Below are positions 37,142-45,447 of a DNA stretch of 64,000 nucleotides, piece by piece. Each line of letters starts with the position of its first letter. Position 1 is the stretch's first letter. The stretch spans positions 124,001 through 188,000 of the IMG/VR virus record IMGVR_UViG_3300032516_000001, one strand, 5' to 3'. The notes beneath the pieces were generated by a model. The model worked only from the letters and a program-made list of their open reading frames with translations. It was not told the DNA's origin and made no database searches. The position numbers and the translations under genes are program-made.

Positions 37142-37188
37142 GTGGTCCTCACTATCGTTTCTTGATTTTACCAAATGAAAGTCTAATG

Positions 37189-37194
37189 TATACT
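37189..37194 (+). promoter_or_regulatory. -10 box TATACT 5 nt before ATG
   Basis: TG-TATACT-TATTT-ATG, no Shine-Dalgarno sequence. Confidence 0.55.
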
Positions 37195-37199
37195 TATTT

Positions 37200-37667
37200 A
37201 TGCCGTTTCCGATATCCTCGACATCAGTATTTAGAATCGATCCTATATATGATGAACAAGAGCCATATATTGATAATGGACTGAATGATATACCGCATAA
37301 TATTCCAGGACTATTTATTGCTATACGTAATCCAATCATAAGACCAATCCCAATAACTTTTGATATCAAATTTCGAGGAACACGATACACGATTGTCCAT
37401 CCCAATATAGCCAAAATGATGATTAGGGCAGACAATTTCTGTAATGATTCATTCAATTTTGGTAGTATGGCCCCAATCACTACCTTTTCCCATGCATTTC
37501 CATTTGGACCAATCACAGATACCATTGACATTGACGAGAGAAAGAGAAATGAATTATTGCAAAAATTACGGAAAGACCTGAGCGATTGCTATAATGCAGG
37601 GATATCAGATAAAGAAATCCAACAGGTATGGGATTTCCAGTTAGTTGACAGTGTTCATCAGGAATAA
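37200..37667 (+). CDS. Hypothetical protein with an EVM-like C-terminus
   Basis: TG-TATACT lies 5 nt before ATG; ends QLVDSVHQE. Confidence 0.55.
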   Translation: MPFPISSTSVFRIDPIYDEQEPYIDNGLNDIPHNIPGLFIAIRNPIIRPIPITFDIKFRGTRYTIVHPNIAKMMIRADNFCNDSFNFGSMAPITTFSHAFPFGPITDTIDIDERKRNELLQKLRKDLSDCYNAGISDKEIQQVWDFQLVDSVHQE

Positions 37668-37679
37668 ATATCCAAATAC

Positions 37680-38055
37680 ACGAAAGCCACGGAATGAATT
37701 GCTCCACCCGTGGCCTCGCTGGTTCGCGGTTAAGCGAACCCGGTAGATGATGTAAACCCGAAAGCCTACTCCGCACTAGGTGCCCGCGCTACATCAACCG
37801 AAAGCGCGCTACCGTCTGAAGTGTTACCTTCACCCAAAACTAACTTGCGCCAACTTTGGGCCTTGCGGAACGGGAGCTCCAGGCAGCGTTTCCGCTGTCC
37901 TTTCCGGTTCATTGAGAACCCGAGGAAACCCCGGCCTCTCTCCACGGATGTTTACCTGGTGTTACCACCAGGAGGTTTCGGAGGGCTTGTCTCCGTACCG
38001 GTCGTTAATCCATTGCTGCATCAAACGACCGAAATTCCAGAGTCATTAAAGGCCC
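37680..38055 (-). ncRNA. Large structured non-coding RNA, class unassigned
   Basis: GC-rich island in AT-rich DNA with at least 10 stems. The minus strand shows GNRA tetraloops (GUAA, GAAA, several GCAA) and UUCG loops with G-U pairs. Overlapping ORFs have no recognisable content. Confidence 0.75.
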
Positions 38056-38056
38056 A

Positions 38057-38437
38057 TTAAATAATTGAGGATTCAATAAATTCAACAAAATCGTCCATGG
38101 TTGATAATCCAAAGCTATCTATGTCTGAATCGGTAGCTTCATCCAAATCGATAAAATCTATTTTGCCTGAATCCACCAAATCAATCAACTTCCTTATATC
38201 ATCATCACCCTGCATTTCTATAACGCTAGGATCTGATCCCGAGTAAAGTATCTGATCGAGTGTAGGGTCAATTTCAACAGAATTCCTACCATCTGATAAT
38301 TTAACAAAAGTACGTGTAATCGTCTCAGTTTTAACCTTAGACTTGGGCTTAGTAAGTAATATAGCAATTTTCTCAAGATTCATGTTGGCAACTCCGGAAG
38401 TTCGCCTGCATAGGGTGGCAATCTTATTAAGATCCAT
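38057..38437 (-). CDS. Hypothetical protein with a doubled N-terminal L..IA tag
   Basis: MDLNKIA...MNLEKIA; TATATT 5 nt before ATG. Confidence 0.65.
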   Translation of the reverse strand: MDLNKIATLCRRTSGVANMNLEKIAILLTKPKSKVKTETITRTFVKLSDGRNSVEIDPTLDQILYSGSDPSVIEMQGDDDIRKLIDLVDSGKIDFIDLDEATDSDIDSFGLSTMDDFVEFIESSII

Positions 38438-38465
38438 AACGGAATATAATACAAGAAACCTATAA

Positions 38466-38669
38466 TCAAACTCTGTCTATGTTATAAATAATTCCATAGA
38501 CACAGTCATCCTCTGGATGATACGGATAGATACTCGACATTAATACACCACATAATGGACAGTGACGTTCTAAAAGATCGAATCTCCTAGACTTAATATC
38601 CGCTATACTAATTGTAGATGTGGGAACATCAAATAAAGGAATGAAGACAAATTTGGGTTCCGGAATCAT
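38466..38669 (-). CDS. Small Zn-finger protein
   Basis: HCPLCG..HPEDDC. Confidence 0.6.
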   Translation of the reverse strand: MIPEPKFVFIPLFDVPTSTISIADIKSRRFDLLERHCPLCGVLMSSIYPYHPEDDCVYGIIYNIDRV

Positions 38670-39226
38670 GAATGGTGAACCATGAGAGAATGTATTTCAA
38701 CATCAATTTTAGATTTAATGTGTTGACTGATATCTGGTTCCAGTTCACGTTCATTTGATTTAGGCTGCCAGCATTCAATAACGCCGCACCAAATGTAACC
38801 CTTTGGAATAGCTCTCGACACATAAATCGGAGTATTCCACAATTTTCTGTTAAAATGGCCGATTAATCCACGTTTCAAGTCATTTCGATTCATGCAAGGC
38901 GTAAATTCTTTCATGTGCATTATTACCGATACATCGAACGAACTGATAGTAAATGGATCATCACCCAGAATGGATGAACAGAATTCTTCGGGTGTGGCGT
39001 CTAGTGTTGGAATCTCAGAAGGCGGCCACTCAACGGGAGGAAGTTCATAGCATAGAGACTGCCACATCTCTAATTCATAATAAGATGCTTCACGCGTTTC
39101 ACTCTTCCATCCTCTGTGTTCCGTAATATATCCGAATTTATCGATATGAAATGTTAATTGATGACGAGCAGCGACTCTATGATATTGATCCTGTTCTCGA
39201 TGTATTGGTTCTATCACGGAAAGCAT
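38666..39226 (-). CDS. Hypothetical protein
   Basis: 186-aa ORF coupled by overlap; ends DVEIHSLMVHHS. Confidence 0.6.
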   Translation of the reverse strand: MLSVIEPIHREQDQYHRVAARHQLTFHIDKFGYITEHRGWKSETREASYYELEMWQSLCYELPPVEWPPSEIPTLDATPEEFCSSILGDDPFTISSFDVSVIMHMKEFTPCMNRNDLKRGLIGHFNRKLWNTPIYVSRAIPKGYIWCGVIECWQPKSNERELEPDISQHIKSKIDVEIHSLMVHHS

Positions 39227-39243
39227 AGATCACGATACTAAGA

Positions 39244-40818
39244 CTAAAATCGATAAATATATTTGATCTTAGCCGGAATTGCAATCTTGGTCAAACCAAG
39301 CTTATCAACGTACTCACGTTCTTTTAATTTCAAATTACAAGCCTTATCATAAACAGATTTTTTGTTTATTTCATTTCCATCTTTATCAACGTAAACATAA
39401 CTAGAAGTAGTTTGACCAACTTCTTCCCAATTACTTGCTTTATATATGGTACCAACATGTCCAAATCGTGGATCGGCAAACGAAACAAGACATTTAATTT
39501 CGGGAAAAGCGCTAGACACCTTCTTAATAACTCTAGACATGAGATAAGAAGCAAAATTCTTCTTATGATAACTGGGATCAATACAGAATCTGTCTAATTC
39601 CAAGACTTCGCCATGATTTAAATCAAGTGTATGCGCTATACCTTGTCTAACAGGAGTAGCGAATTTAATAACAGCAACAACTAGTTCTTGAATTTTGGCA
39701 ACAAATATAACTTTAGATGCTCGGCCAAATCCAGCATAATGATACTTATCCAAAAATTCGGTAACATCTGGAGAATGGAGTACTTGGGAAATAACTATAG
39801 AATCAAAAGAAAAATCGATAACATCAATATTTGATCTGTTATGATAACAAACCCCATTTCCAATATACTTACTATAATTACAATTCCAGCACAAAAGCTG
39901 ATATTTTGACATTAACGATGGCTTTTTAACTAATTTTTTGTAAAGATCGATTCCAGATCCTTCACCTATCTTTCTACATGCTGAACCATCATTGTATTTA
40001 TGATCCAAAGTTAACTTATAAAGATCCTTCTCTCCACAACATACGCATTTTCCACCCAATAATGTTAAACAACTCTGTCTGAATTTATCAGTTATTATTC
40101 TACGGCAAGGCAGACATCTATTACTGCCATGAGACAACTGTGATGGGAATTCGTTAACGTCTTTTTCTTTTAAACAAATATTACAAATTTTGGTTATACC
40201 TGATGAAATAACTACTTTTAACTGATGTATTGGGTTAATTCTATATTTCTTATTATTACAATTGTGGCACAATACCTGATAACGTGTTTTATCTGACTCA
40301 CCGTTTAAAATCCTACGTTTCCAACCAAGACTGCCAAAACTACGTTCAGTATTACCATCGTTATTTACATGATCTATTGTCAGAAACTCTTTAATATCTA
40401 AACCGCATGTAACGCATTTTTGACCCAATAAATCAAGAACTTGATTAATAATTGACTGTCTGTACACTCTATGACTTTCAACTACATGTTCAGCGTTATC
40501 ATCAGTCCATTTTTTTATTCTTACCCTAATCTTATCAAGATTTTTCAATCTGTATTCTGATTTATTCTTTAGTATTGCTGCACGATTTTCTTTATAATAT
40601 TCATGTTTATCATTCAAAATTTGATCATGATTATCAGCATACCATTTCTTCCTGATAACTTTTAACTTTTCACTATTTTCTATTTCATATATTTTATTAT
40701 GTTTCTTTCTACATTCCTTACACTTTGAGTCTTTCCCGTTTTTCTTAATTGTGTTATTAAAATACTCAGAAAGCAATTTTTCAACACCACATTTAACACA
40801 AATTTGTGTTGCATCCAT
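39244..40818 (-). CDS. Double-HNH endonuclease fused to a C-terminal Mom-like (GNAT) domain
   Basis: C..CG..LTIDHVNNDG..CHNCN and C.CCG..LTLDH.YNDG..CWNCN; then LDKYHY..KFATPVR..EVLELDRFCI..SFADP..GH.GTIYKASNW. Confidence 0.78.
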   Translation of the reverse strand: MDATQICVKCGVEKLLSEYFNNTIKKNGKDSKCKECRKKHNKIYEIENSEKLKVIRKKWYADNHDQILNDKHEYYKENRAAILKNKSEYRLKNLDKIRVRIKKWTDDNAEHVVESHRVYRQSIINQVLDLLGQKCVTCGLDIKEFLTIDHVNNDGNTERSFGSLGWKRRILNGESDKTRYQVLCHNCNNKKYRINPIHQLKVVISSGITKICNICLKEKDVNEFPSQLSHGSNRCLPCRRIITDKFRQSCLTLLGGKCVCCGEKDLYKLTLDHKYNDGSACRKIGEGSGIDLYKKLVKKPSLMSKYQLLCWNCNYSKYIGNGVCYHNRSNIDVIDFSFDSIVISQVLHSPDVTEFLDKYHYAGFGRASKVIFVAKIQELVVAVIKFATPVRQGIAHTLDLNHGEVLELDRFCIDPSYHKKNFASYLMSRVIKKVSSAFPEIKCLVSFADPRFGHVGTIYKASNWEEVGQTTSSYVYVDKDGNEINKKSVYDKACNLKLKEREYVDKLGLTKIAIPAKIKYIYRF

Positions 40819-40823
40819 GTGTA

Positions 40824-40829
40824 ACTATA
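40824..40829 (-). promoter_or_regulatory. -10 box TATAGT 5 nt before ATG
   Basis: TG-TATAGT-TACAC-ATG. Confidence 0.55.
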
Positions 40830-40937
40830 CAACGAATTGGAATTCAGAAAACGTATTTGGAATTAAGAAGAGTTGTATTTGTAGCTATAAATTCAAATTG
40901 TCATTAAACCAATAACATCTGTAAGAAGTTATCTAAG

Positions 40938-41021
40938 TTTTCTGAACGTAGAAGATAATTTTCTGACCGTAGAAGGTATTTTTCTGACCGTAGAAGGTAT
41001 TTTTCTGACCGTAGAAAGTAT
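40938..41021. repeat. Four tandem 21-bp repeats (TTTTCTGACCGTAGAAGGTAT)
   Basis: Units start at 40938, 40959, 40980 and 41001; each contains the dyad TTCT-N6-AGAA. Confidence 0.92.
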
Positions 41022-41135
41022 CAGTATGGTGTAAACGTTCCCCCGTCCTACTTAGATACCAATAAGGGCAAATAACCCCAAAAAGACCATCATCATCAAG
41101 ATTCACATGCATATTTCATGTTACATTCTGTACCG

Positions 41136-42407
41136 TTAAACATTTACAGCCAAGAAATTTCGAACACGATCATCTAAAATTTGAAGATCATCCTTAAGTT
41201 CATGCTCCCATACAGTCAGACACTTTAGTCCAACCTCATTCCACTGATTGATAATCTTTCGCGCATGAACCTTGTTGCTTTCGCCAGTTTTATCTTTCCC
41301 GTGCCAATAATCACCAAGAATTTCAACGACATGAGTCACGCGTTTGAAAGATGGAGACCCGTCTTGTTTCGGATAAACAGGAAAACAAAAATCCGGATTT
41401 CGATTGTTCTGAACGGATGGAATAAGCTTCCAGAAACTCCCATTGCCAGAGAAACAAAAGAATGGGTATAACTTATTAAATGCCAACTCGGGCTTATTCG
41501 GACCAGCACGACGCGAATGCTCCAAATGCTTACGCGCATACTCCGGGTTCATCATCGGATGAGGCACACCATATTTCTTCATACATGTAGATCGGTACGA
41601 TTCTTCATTATGGGTCAAACTGTAAATCAAACGATTACTCTCAATGGACATAAATCGTCTTAGTGATTCATTCATCGATGATTTGGTCTTAGAGTCCTGA
41701 GTAGTCCACTCAACCCCGTAACGCACCAGATTAGTTTGTTTGATTTTTTCTTGGACTTCTGGCGCTTGCGCTGGGTCCGGTACACCGAATTGGGCGATAT
41801 TGGTTTGACGCCCCTTCTCACGAATTTCTGGAACTCGTAACGTTTGTTCATCACCATAACGCTCGAGATTGGTGGCGAGTTGTTTGGCCCTGATCTCAGG
41901 AACTTGAGACGGATTCTCTACACCGTATTTCTCAAGGTTTGTTTGACGAATCTTTTCCTTTATTTCGGGACGCGCAAAATTGTCCTTCGGGAGATGTGCG
42001 GTTCTATCTTTCCCGTCCCAATGTGATTGGACCTGTTTGTATAGAGTGGACTTCTTACAGAACACATTCTCGGCGCCATAACGTTCCGTTATTGTGGCCG
42101 CTTTCTTCTCAGCAGCACCCGGCACCATCAAAGCGTTTGTAACATCGTCCCCGTATTTCTTCTGGAATGTTGATTTGATCCGTTCAAGAGCAACGGCATT
42201 CTTATCTCTTGACTGCCAAGCCTGACAGTCTTTCCTATGGCGTTTCATCTGAGTCAGAGATGTGCTTTTATGACCGCAGAGACACGCTAACGGTTTTCTA
42301 TCTGGATTTGCTGCTAAAAACTCAGGGCACTTACGTTTATGTCCCGAAGTTACCGGCCTATCAAATTCTTTTCCACAGAATTCGCAATGAAAACTCACAA
42401 TCATCAT
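41136..42407 (-). CDS. Homing-endonuclease-like protein with KYGV..P repeats and a C-terminal Vsr/PD-(D/E)XK-like nuclease
   Basis: About 7 repeats of the (K/R)YG.EN..Q.PEI type; NPDF..VEILGDYWHG..CLTVWEHE. Confidence 0.75.
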   Translation of the reverse strand: MMIVSFHCEFCGKEFDRPVTSGHKRKCPEFLAANPDRKPLACLCGHKSTSLTQMKRHRKDCQAWQSRDKNAVALERIKSTFQKKYGDDVTNALMVPGAAEKKAATITERYGAENVFCKKSTLYKQVQSHWDGKDRTAHLPKDNFARPEIKEKIRQTNLEKYGVENPSQVPEIRAKQLATNLERYGDEQTLRVPEIREKGRQTNIAQFGVPDPAQAPEVQEKIKQTNLVRYGVEWTTQDSKTKSSMNESLRRFMSIESNRLIYSLTHNEESYRSTCMKKYGVPHPMMNPEYARKHLEHSRRAGPNKPELAFNKLYPFFCFSGNGSFWKLIPSVQNNRNPDFCFPVYPKQDGSPSFKRVTHVVEILGDYWHGKDKTGESNKVHARKIINQWNEVGLKCLTVWEHELKDDLQILDDRVRNFLAVNV

Positions 42408-42469
42408 ACACTAAAGTATAACACATTTTCGGACTAAGCGCAAGTATTGGTGTTCTTATCCCAAACCGA

Positions 42470-43360
42470 CTAAATTCCCAAGAACCTTCTGGGTGTTAAT
42501 GCTCCACGCCCGACCGAAGGTCCGAATGACGACCTTATACCTATCCCATAACGTGACTGTTTCAAACCGCGTATTATTTTAACAGTTTCTTTTGCAGCAG
42601 TAACCATTGAATCAAACCGGGACTGTGCGTCTGATGCCAGAGATTGATATTTAGAAGATTTTTCAATAGATAGAGACACACCCCCTATGTTATAGTCGAA
42701 TTCATCCACGACCCAGTTAAGAGCCAATGCATTCACTGCATATATAGTAGCTCCAACCAGGCACAACGATCTCCAATTCCTATGCTGTGTAATTAACTGG
42801 TCTAAACTGGCATAGAACGTTTGCGGAGGATACATATTTAGTGCATCGTTTGATATGCGCAAGAATTCCAATAATTCCTCATCTTCCCAAATAAATCCAA
42901 ATACTCTATTATACTGATTAATCGTAGTTTCTCCCGCAGGTGGCGTGAAATGATAGTTGCGATCAGGATTGTTATCTCGTAACATTATTCTAAGACCATG
43001 AACTAAATCATATTCAATGGGTGTAAAATCAGTACAAGTTGTAACTGTTGGTTCAACAACATTAAATTCTTGTAATACTTCAACGAATTGACTATTTAGA
43101 TACTGTCTGAAATGCCATCGGATTCTATAGGGTCCGATATTAGCATCTGCCGGAATTATGAATGATGCATAATATTCCCCGATCGATGGATTTATTGGGA
43201 TACGATTTGCTGGCGATAACAACACTTCCACGCCAGTTGTATAATCGTATATGTCATATGAGACTTCAGCAGCATTTACTGGATTGCCACCTTTAGCTTT
43301 TAAGTATAAAGCAAGATCCCCACGGCAAAGCTCTTGACACCTCTTATATGCACAGCCCAT
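42470..43360 (-). CDS. Probable neck / head-tail adaptor protein
   Basis: Ig-like N-terminal half; WEDEELLEFL..ALNMYPP..YQSLA pattern of adaptor proteins; ATG 43360 lies 5 nt after TATTGT. Confidence 0.55.
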   Translation of the reverse strand: MGCAYKRCQELCRGDLALYLKAKGGNPVNAAEVSYDIYDYTTGVEVLLSPANRIPINPSIGEYYASFIIPADANIGPYRIRWHFRQYLNSQFVEVLQEFNVVEPTVTTCTDFTPIEYDLVHGLRIMLRDNNPDRNYHFTPPAGETTINQYNRVFGFIWEDEELLEFLRISNDALNMYPPQTFYASLDQLITQHRNWRSLCLVGATIYAVNALALNWVVDEFDYNIGGVSLSIEKSSKYQSLASDAQSRFDSMVTAAKETVKIIRGLKQSRYGIGIRSSFGPSVGRGALTPRRFLGI

Positions 43361-43393
43361 ATAACACAATACATATTAATTGGCTATCACCGC

Positions 43394-44614
43394 CTAAATA
43401 ATCTGCATCTTCTGCTTGGCGAAGAACGGCGAGTCAAAAAGATCACGGACGTCTTCGTCTTTTGATAATTCAGCTAAAACTTCCGAAGGAGTTGAAGTAT
43501 TCCCCGCGACAAACCTTTTGACTACAGCATCTTTATCTTTCGCCAATTCGGCTAAAACTTCTGGAGGAGTTGAAGTATTCCCAGCAACACCAGATCTTAT
43601 ACTAGAATCTTCATTCTTTGCTAATTTAACTAAGGCTTCCACTGGAGTATCTGGATCGTAAATAATTTGGTATAGAACGTCATGATCAATTATATCTGTT
43701 AATTGGGGCATTAGATGCCCATACACATCATAAAATTCTTTCCGACCTTCCATGAATAATCCTTCTGTCGTTGCAAAATTCATTTCACGAAATACTTTAA
43801 GTACTTCATTATCATCTAGTTCACCTGATGTCATTCTGGTTAAAGGAGATTTCGGATAAGATTTGGTTATGGACTTAATTTTTGGCATTATCCCTGAAAA
43901 ATCTCTGCCGGTATACTTTTCCACTGTAGATTCTTCTATGTCATTGTCTTTAGCATCATAATACTCAATCTCATTTGGTTCATTATTTTCATCTCTTTGT
44001 ATCGAAATTGCTATTTTATATAATGAATTCTGCTCTTCGGGACTAAGTGTTTGATTTATATTCTTAGTTAGTATAAAGAAGAATACTACGTTATTCATAT
44101 CATAATCATCAAAATATGCTGCATCTTTCATACTGATGCACCACTTAGTACCAAGCCCGTAATGAGCCGCAGCTTCTTTATTCTTAACTTGTATCACTCT
44201 AAACTTTTCCGAATCATATACTTCTTCATAATCGCATTTATCAGATAATTTATATCTTTCTTCTACTTTTTCCTTTCTTTTGCCCTGTTTGTCTCTTATC
44301 TCGAACAATTTATCACGTAATTCGGTGAAATCCGTTGGTTCATACTGATTTATGTCTTTCTTCTCTAATTGTCTACCATGTTTATGGAATAGATCGGTAA
44401 CGTCAGCAATCTCTCGAGCGAGAGCCTGTTTAGATTGAAGAATTTTCATTTGCCAATCAATATATTTCAAAGAATGAGATGGGTCTCTAGAAATGAAATA
44501 CTCCACGTCCTTCTCATATTTTGGGTATTTCTTTAGTATCTCTTCTTTCCTTCCAGCTATACGTATAGCAATATTCGTAAGAACTATGTTAAATGCAATC
44601 CGGCGAAGATCCAT
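43394..44614 (-). CDS. Protein with IA.RIA tag, YG.GTKWC domain and leucine-rich-variant (LRV) repeats
   Basis: MDLRRIA..IAIRIA; AAAHYGLGTKWCIS; three TP.EVL..LAKD....VAGN.ST repeats. Confidence 0.7.
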   Translation of the reverse strand: MDLRRIAFNIVLTNIAIRIAGRKEEILKKYPKYEKDVEYFISRDPSHSLKYIDWQMKILQSKQALAREIADVTDLFHKHGRQLEKKDINQYEPTDFTELRDKLFEIRDKQGKRKEKVEERYKLSDKCDYEEVYDSEKFRVIQVKNKEAAAHYGLGTKWCISMKDAAYFDDYDMNNVVFFFILTKNINQTLSPEEQNSLYKIAISIQRDENNEPNEIEYYDAKDNDIEESTVEKYTGRDFSGIMPKIKSITKSYPKSPLTRMTSGELDDNEVLKVFREMNFATTEGLFMEGRKEFYDVYGHLMPQLTDIIDHDVLYQIIYDPDTPVEALVKLAKNEDSSIRSGVAGNTSTPPEVLAELAKDKDAVVKRFVAGNTSTPSEVLAELSKDEDVRDLFDSPFFAKQKMQII

Positions 44615-44642
44615 CTTAACCTCTAATTAATCAGCGTCCAAT

Positions 44643-44882
44643 ATGAGTCTAAAATGTAAAGTGGGTAAAATGAATAAATCAAGAAAATATCACAGAGATT
44701 CAGATTATCCTTTAGACAGGATCGAAGACAAGGATGATTGCCAATCCTATTCGAAATGCCTGAATGAAGCCGCTAAGAATACTAAAATTCTGAATCTACC
44801 ATGTATAGGTTGCGTCAACTATATAAAGATCGGATCGCAATTAGATGCTTGGAGAAAACGCCAAGACGGATATACGTGGTAA
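44643..44882 (+). CDS. Small Cys-rich hypothetical protein
   Basis: C..YSKCL..AA..PC.GC motif. Confidence 0.55.
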   Translation: MSLKCKVGKMNKSRKYHRDSDYPLDRIEDKDDCQSYSKCLNEAAKNTKILNLPCIGCVNYIKIGSQLDAWRKRQDGYTW

Positions 44883-45118
44883 AAGCTCATTTCTATAAAG
44901 ACATCAAATTTTATGAAGAAGGAGACCAACTCTGTTGGCTTTGTAGATCCAGTACTGCTTCGACGTATCTTCTCGTAGAGAACCATCTCTTGAAAATGGC
45001 AGAAATCTTCAAAATTTGTTCGAGGTGTGTACCTGCAATTTATTTCACTACCCTTGGTAGCATTCGCATTGAATTATCTAAAGATGAAGTAGAAGTATAC
45101 AAAATCATGGAAACATGA
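44876..45118 (+). CDS. Small Zn-finger protein, EVM-tag family
   Basis: CWLC..ICSRC; ends SKDEVEVYKIMET; GTG start at 44876. Confidence 0.7.
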   Translation: MVKAHFYKDIKFYEEGDQLCWLCRSSTASTYLLVENHLLKMAEIFKICSRCVPAIYFTTLGSIRIELSKDEVEVYKIMET

Positions 45119-45119
45119 T

Positions 45120-45447
45120 ATGCGATCCACTGAATTTGCTCGCTATCTACGCGCTTGGTTTCGTGACAAGAAGCATAATTTCCGTGCAGCAAATTTTGGG
45201 ATTACTGCAGCGAAGTGTACTAAATGTGGTCTAGTAGTTACTATTCGTGGACGAATTTTTAGTTCAACTCATACCTGGCTTCCCAACGATATCCGAAAAT
45301 TTGTTAATTTTAAGGCGAAACCGGGTTCCAAATTGTATCGAGTGTCACATTATCCCAAAAAAATTTTCTCCATCCCAACTTCATGAGATACTACAACCCA
45401 TACCGGATTGCGGCGTTGTAATTGTTTATGCAATCACAGAATCTTGA
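45120..45447 (+). pseudogene. Possibly frameshifted Zn-finger/EVM-tag gene (ORFs 45120-45386 and 45247-45447)
   Basis: KCTKCG is in one frame and the tag-like end DCGVVIVYAITES is in the +1 frame; an A7 run (CCCAAAAAAATTTT) lies in the overlap. Confidence 0.35.

Noticed and set aside
36866-37531. Long 221-aa version of the minus-strand ORF
   Set aside because: Its first ~130 codons overlap the plus-strand gene 37200-37667, which has its own -10/ATG cassette. A GAGGA ribosome-binding site supports ATG 37141.
37680-38055. Assigning the structured RNA as tmRNA, RNase P RNA, SRP RNA or a group I/II intron
   Set aside because: There is no acceptor/T-arm (GUUCRA..CCA) for tmRNA, no GAGGAAAGUCC or ACAGAANNCGGCUUA on the structured strand for RNase P, and no recognisable P7 or domain V. 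Resemblances such as GACUCUGGAAUUUCG and CCUGGUGGUAACACCAGG are superficial. A covariance-model search is still needed.
37513-38060. ORFs 37513-37776, 37780-38049 and 37821-38060
   Set aside because: Pro/Arg/Gly-rich shadows of GC-rich structured sequence, with no motifs or initiation signals.
40938-41021. CRISPR mini-array
   Set aside because: The repeats are contiguous 21-mers with no unique spacers, and no cas genes are present.
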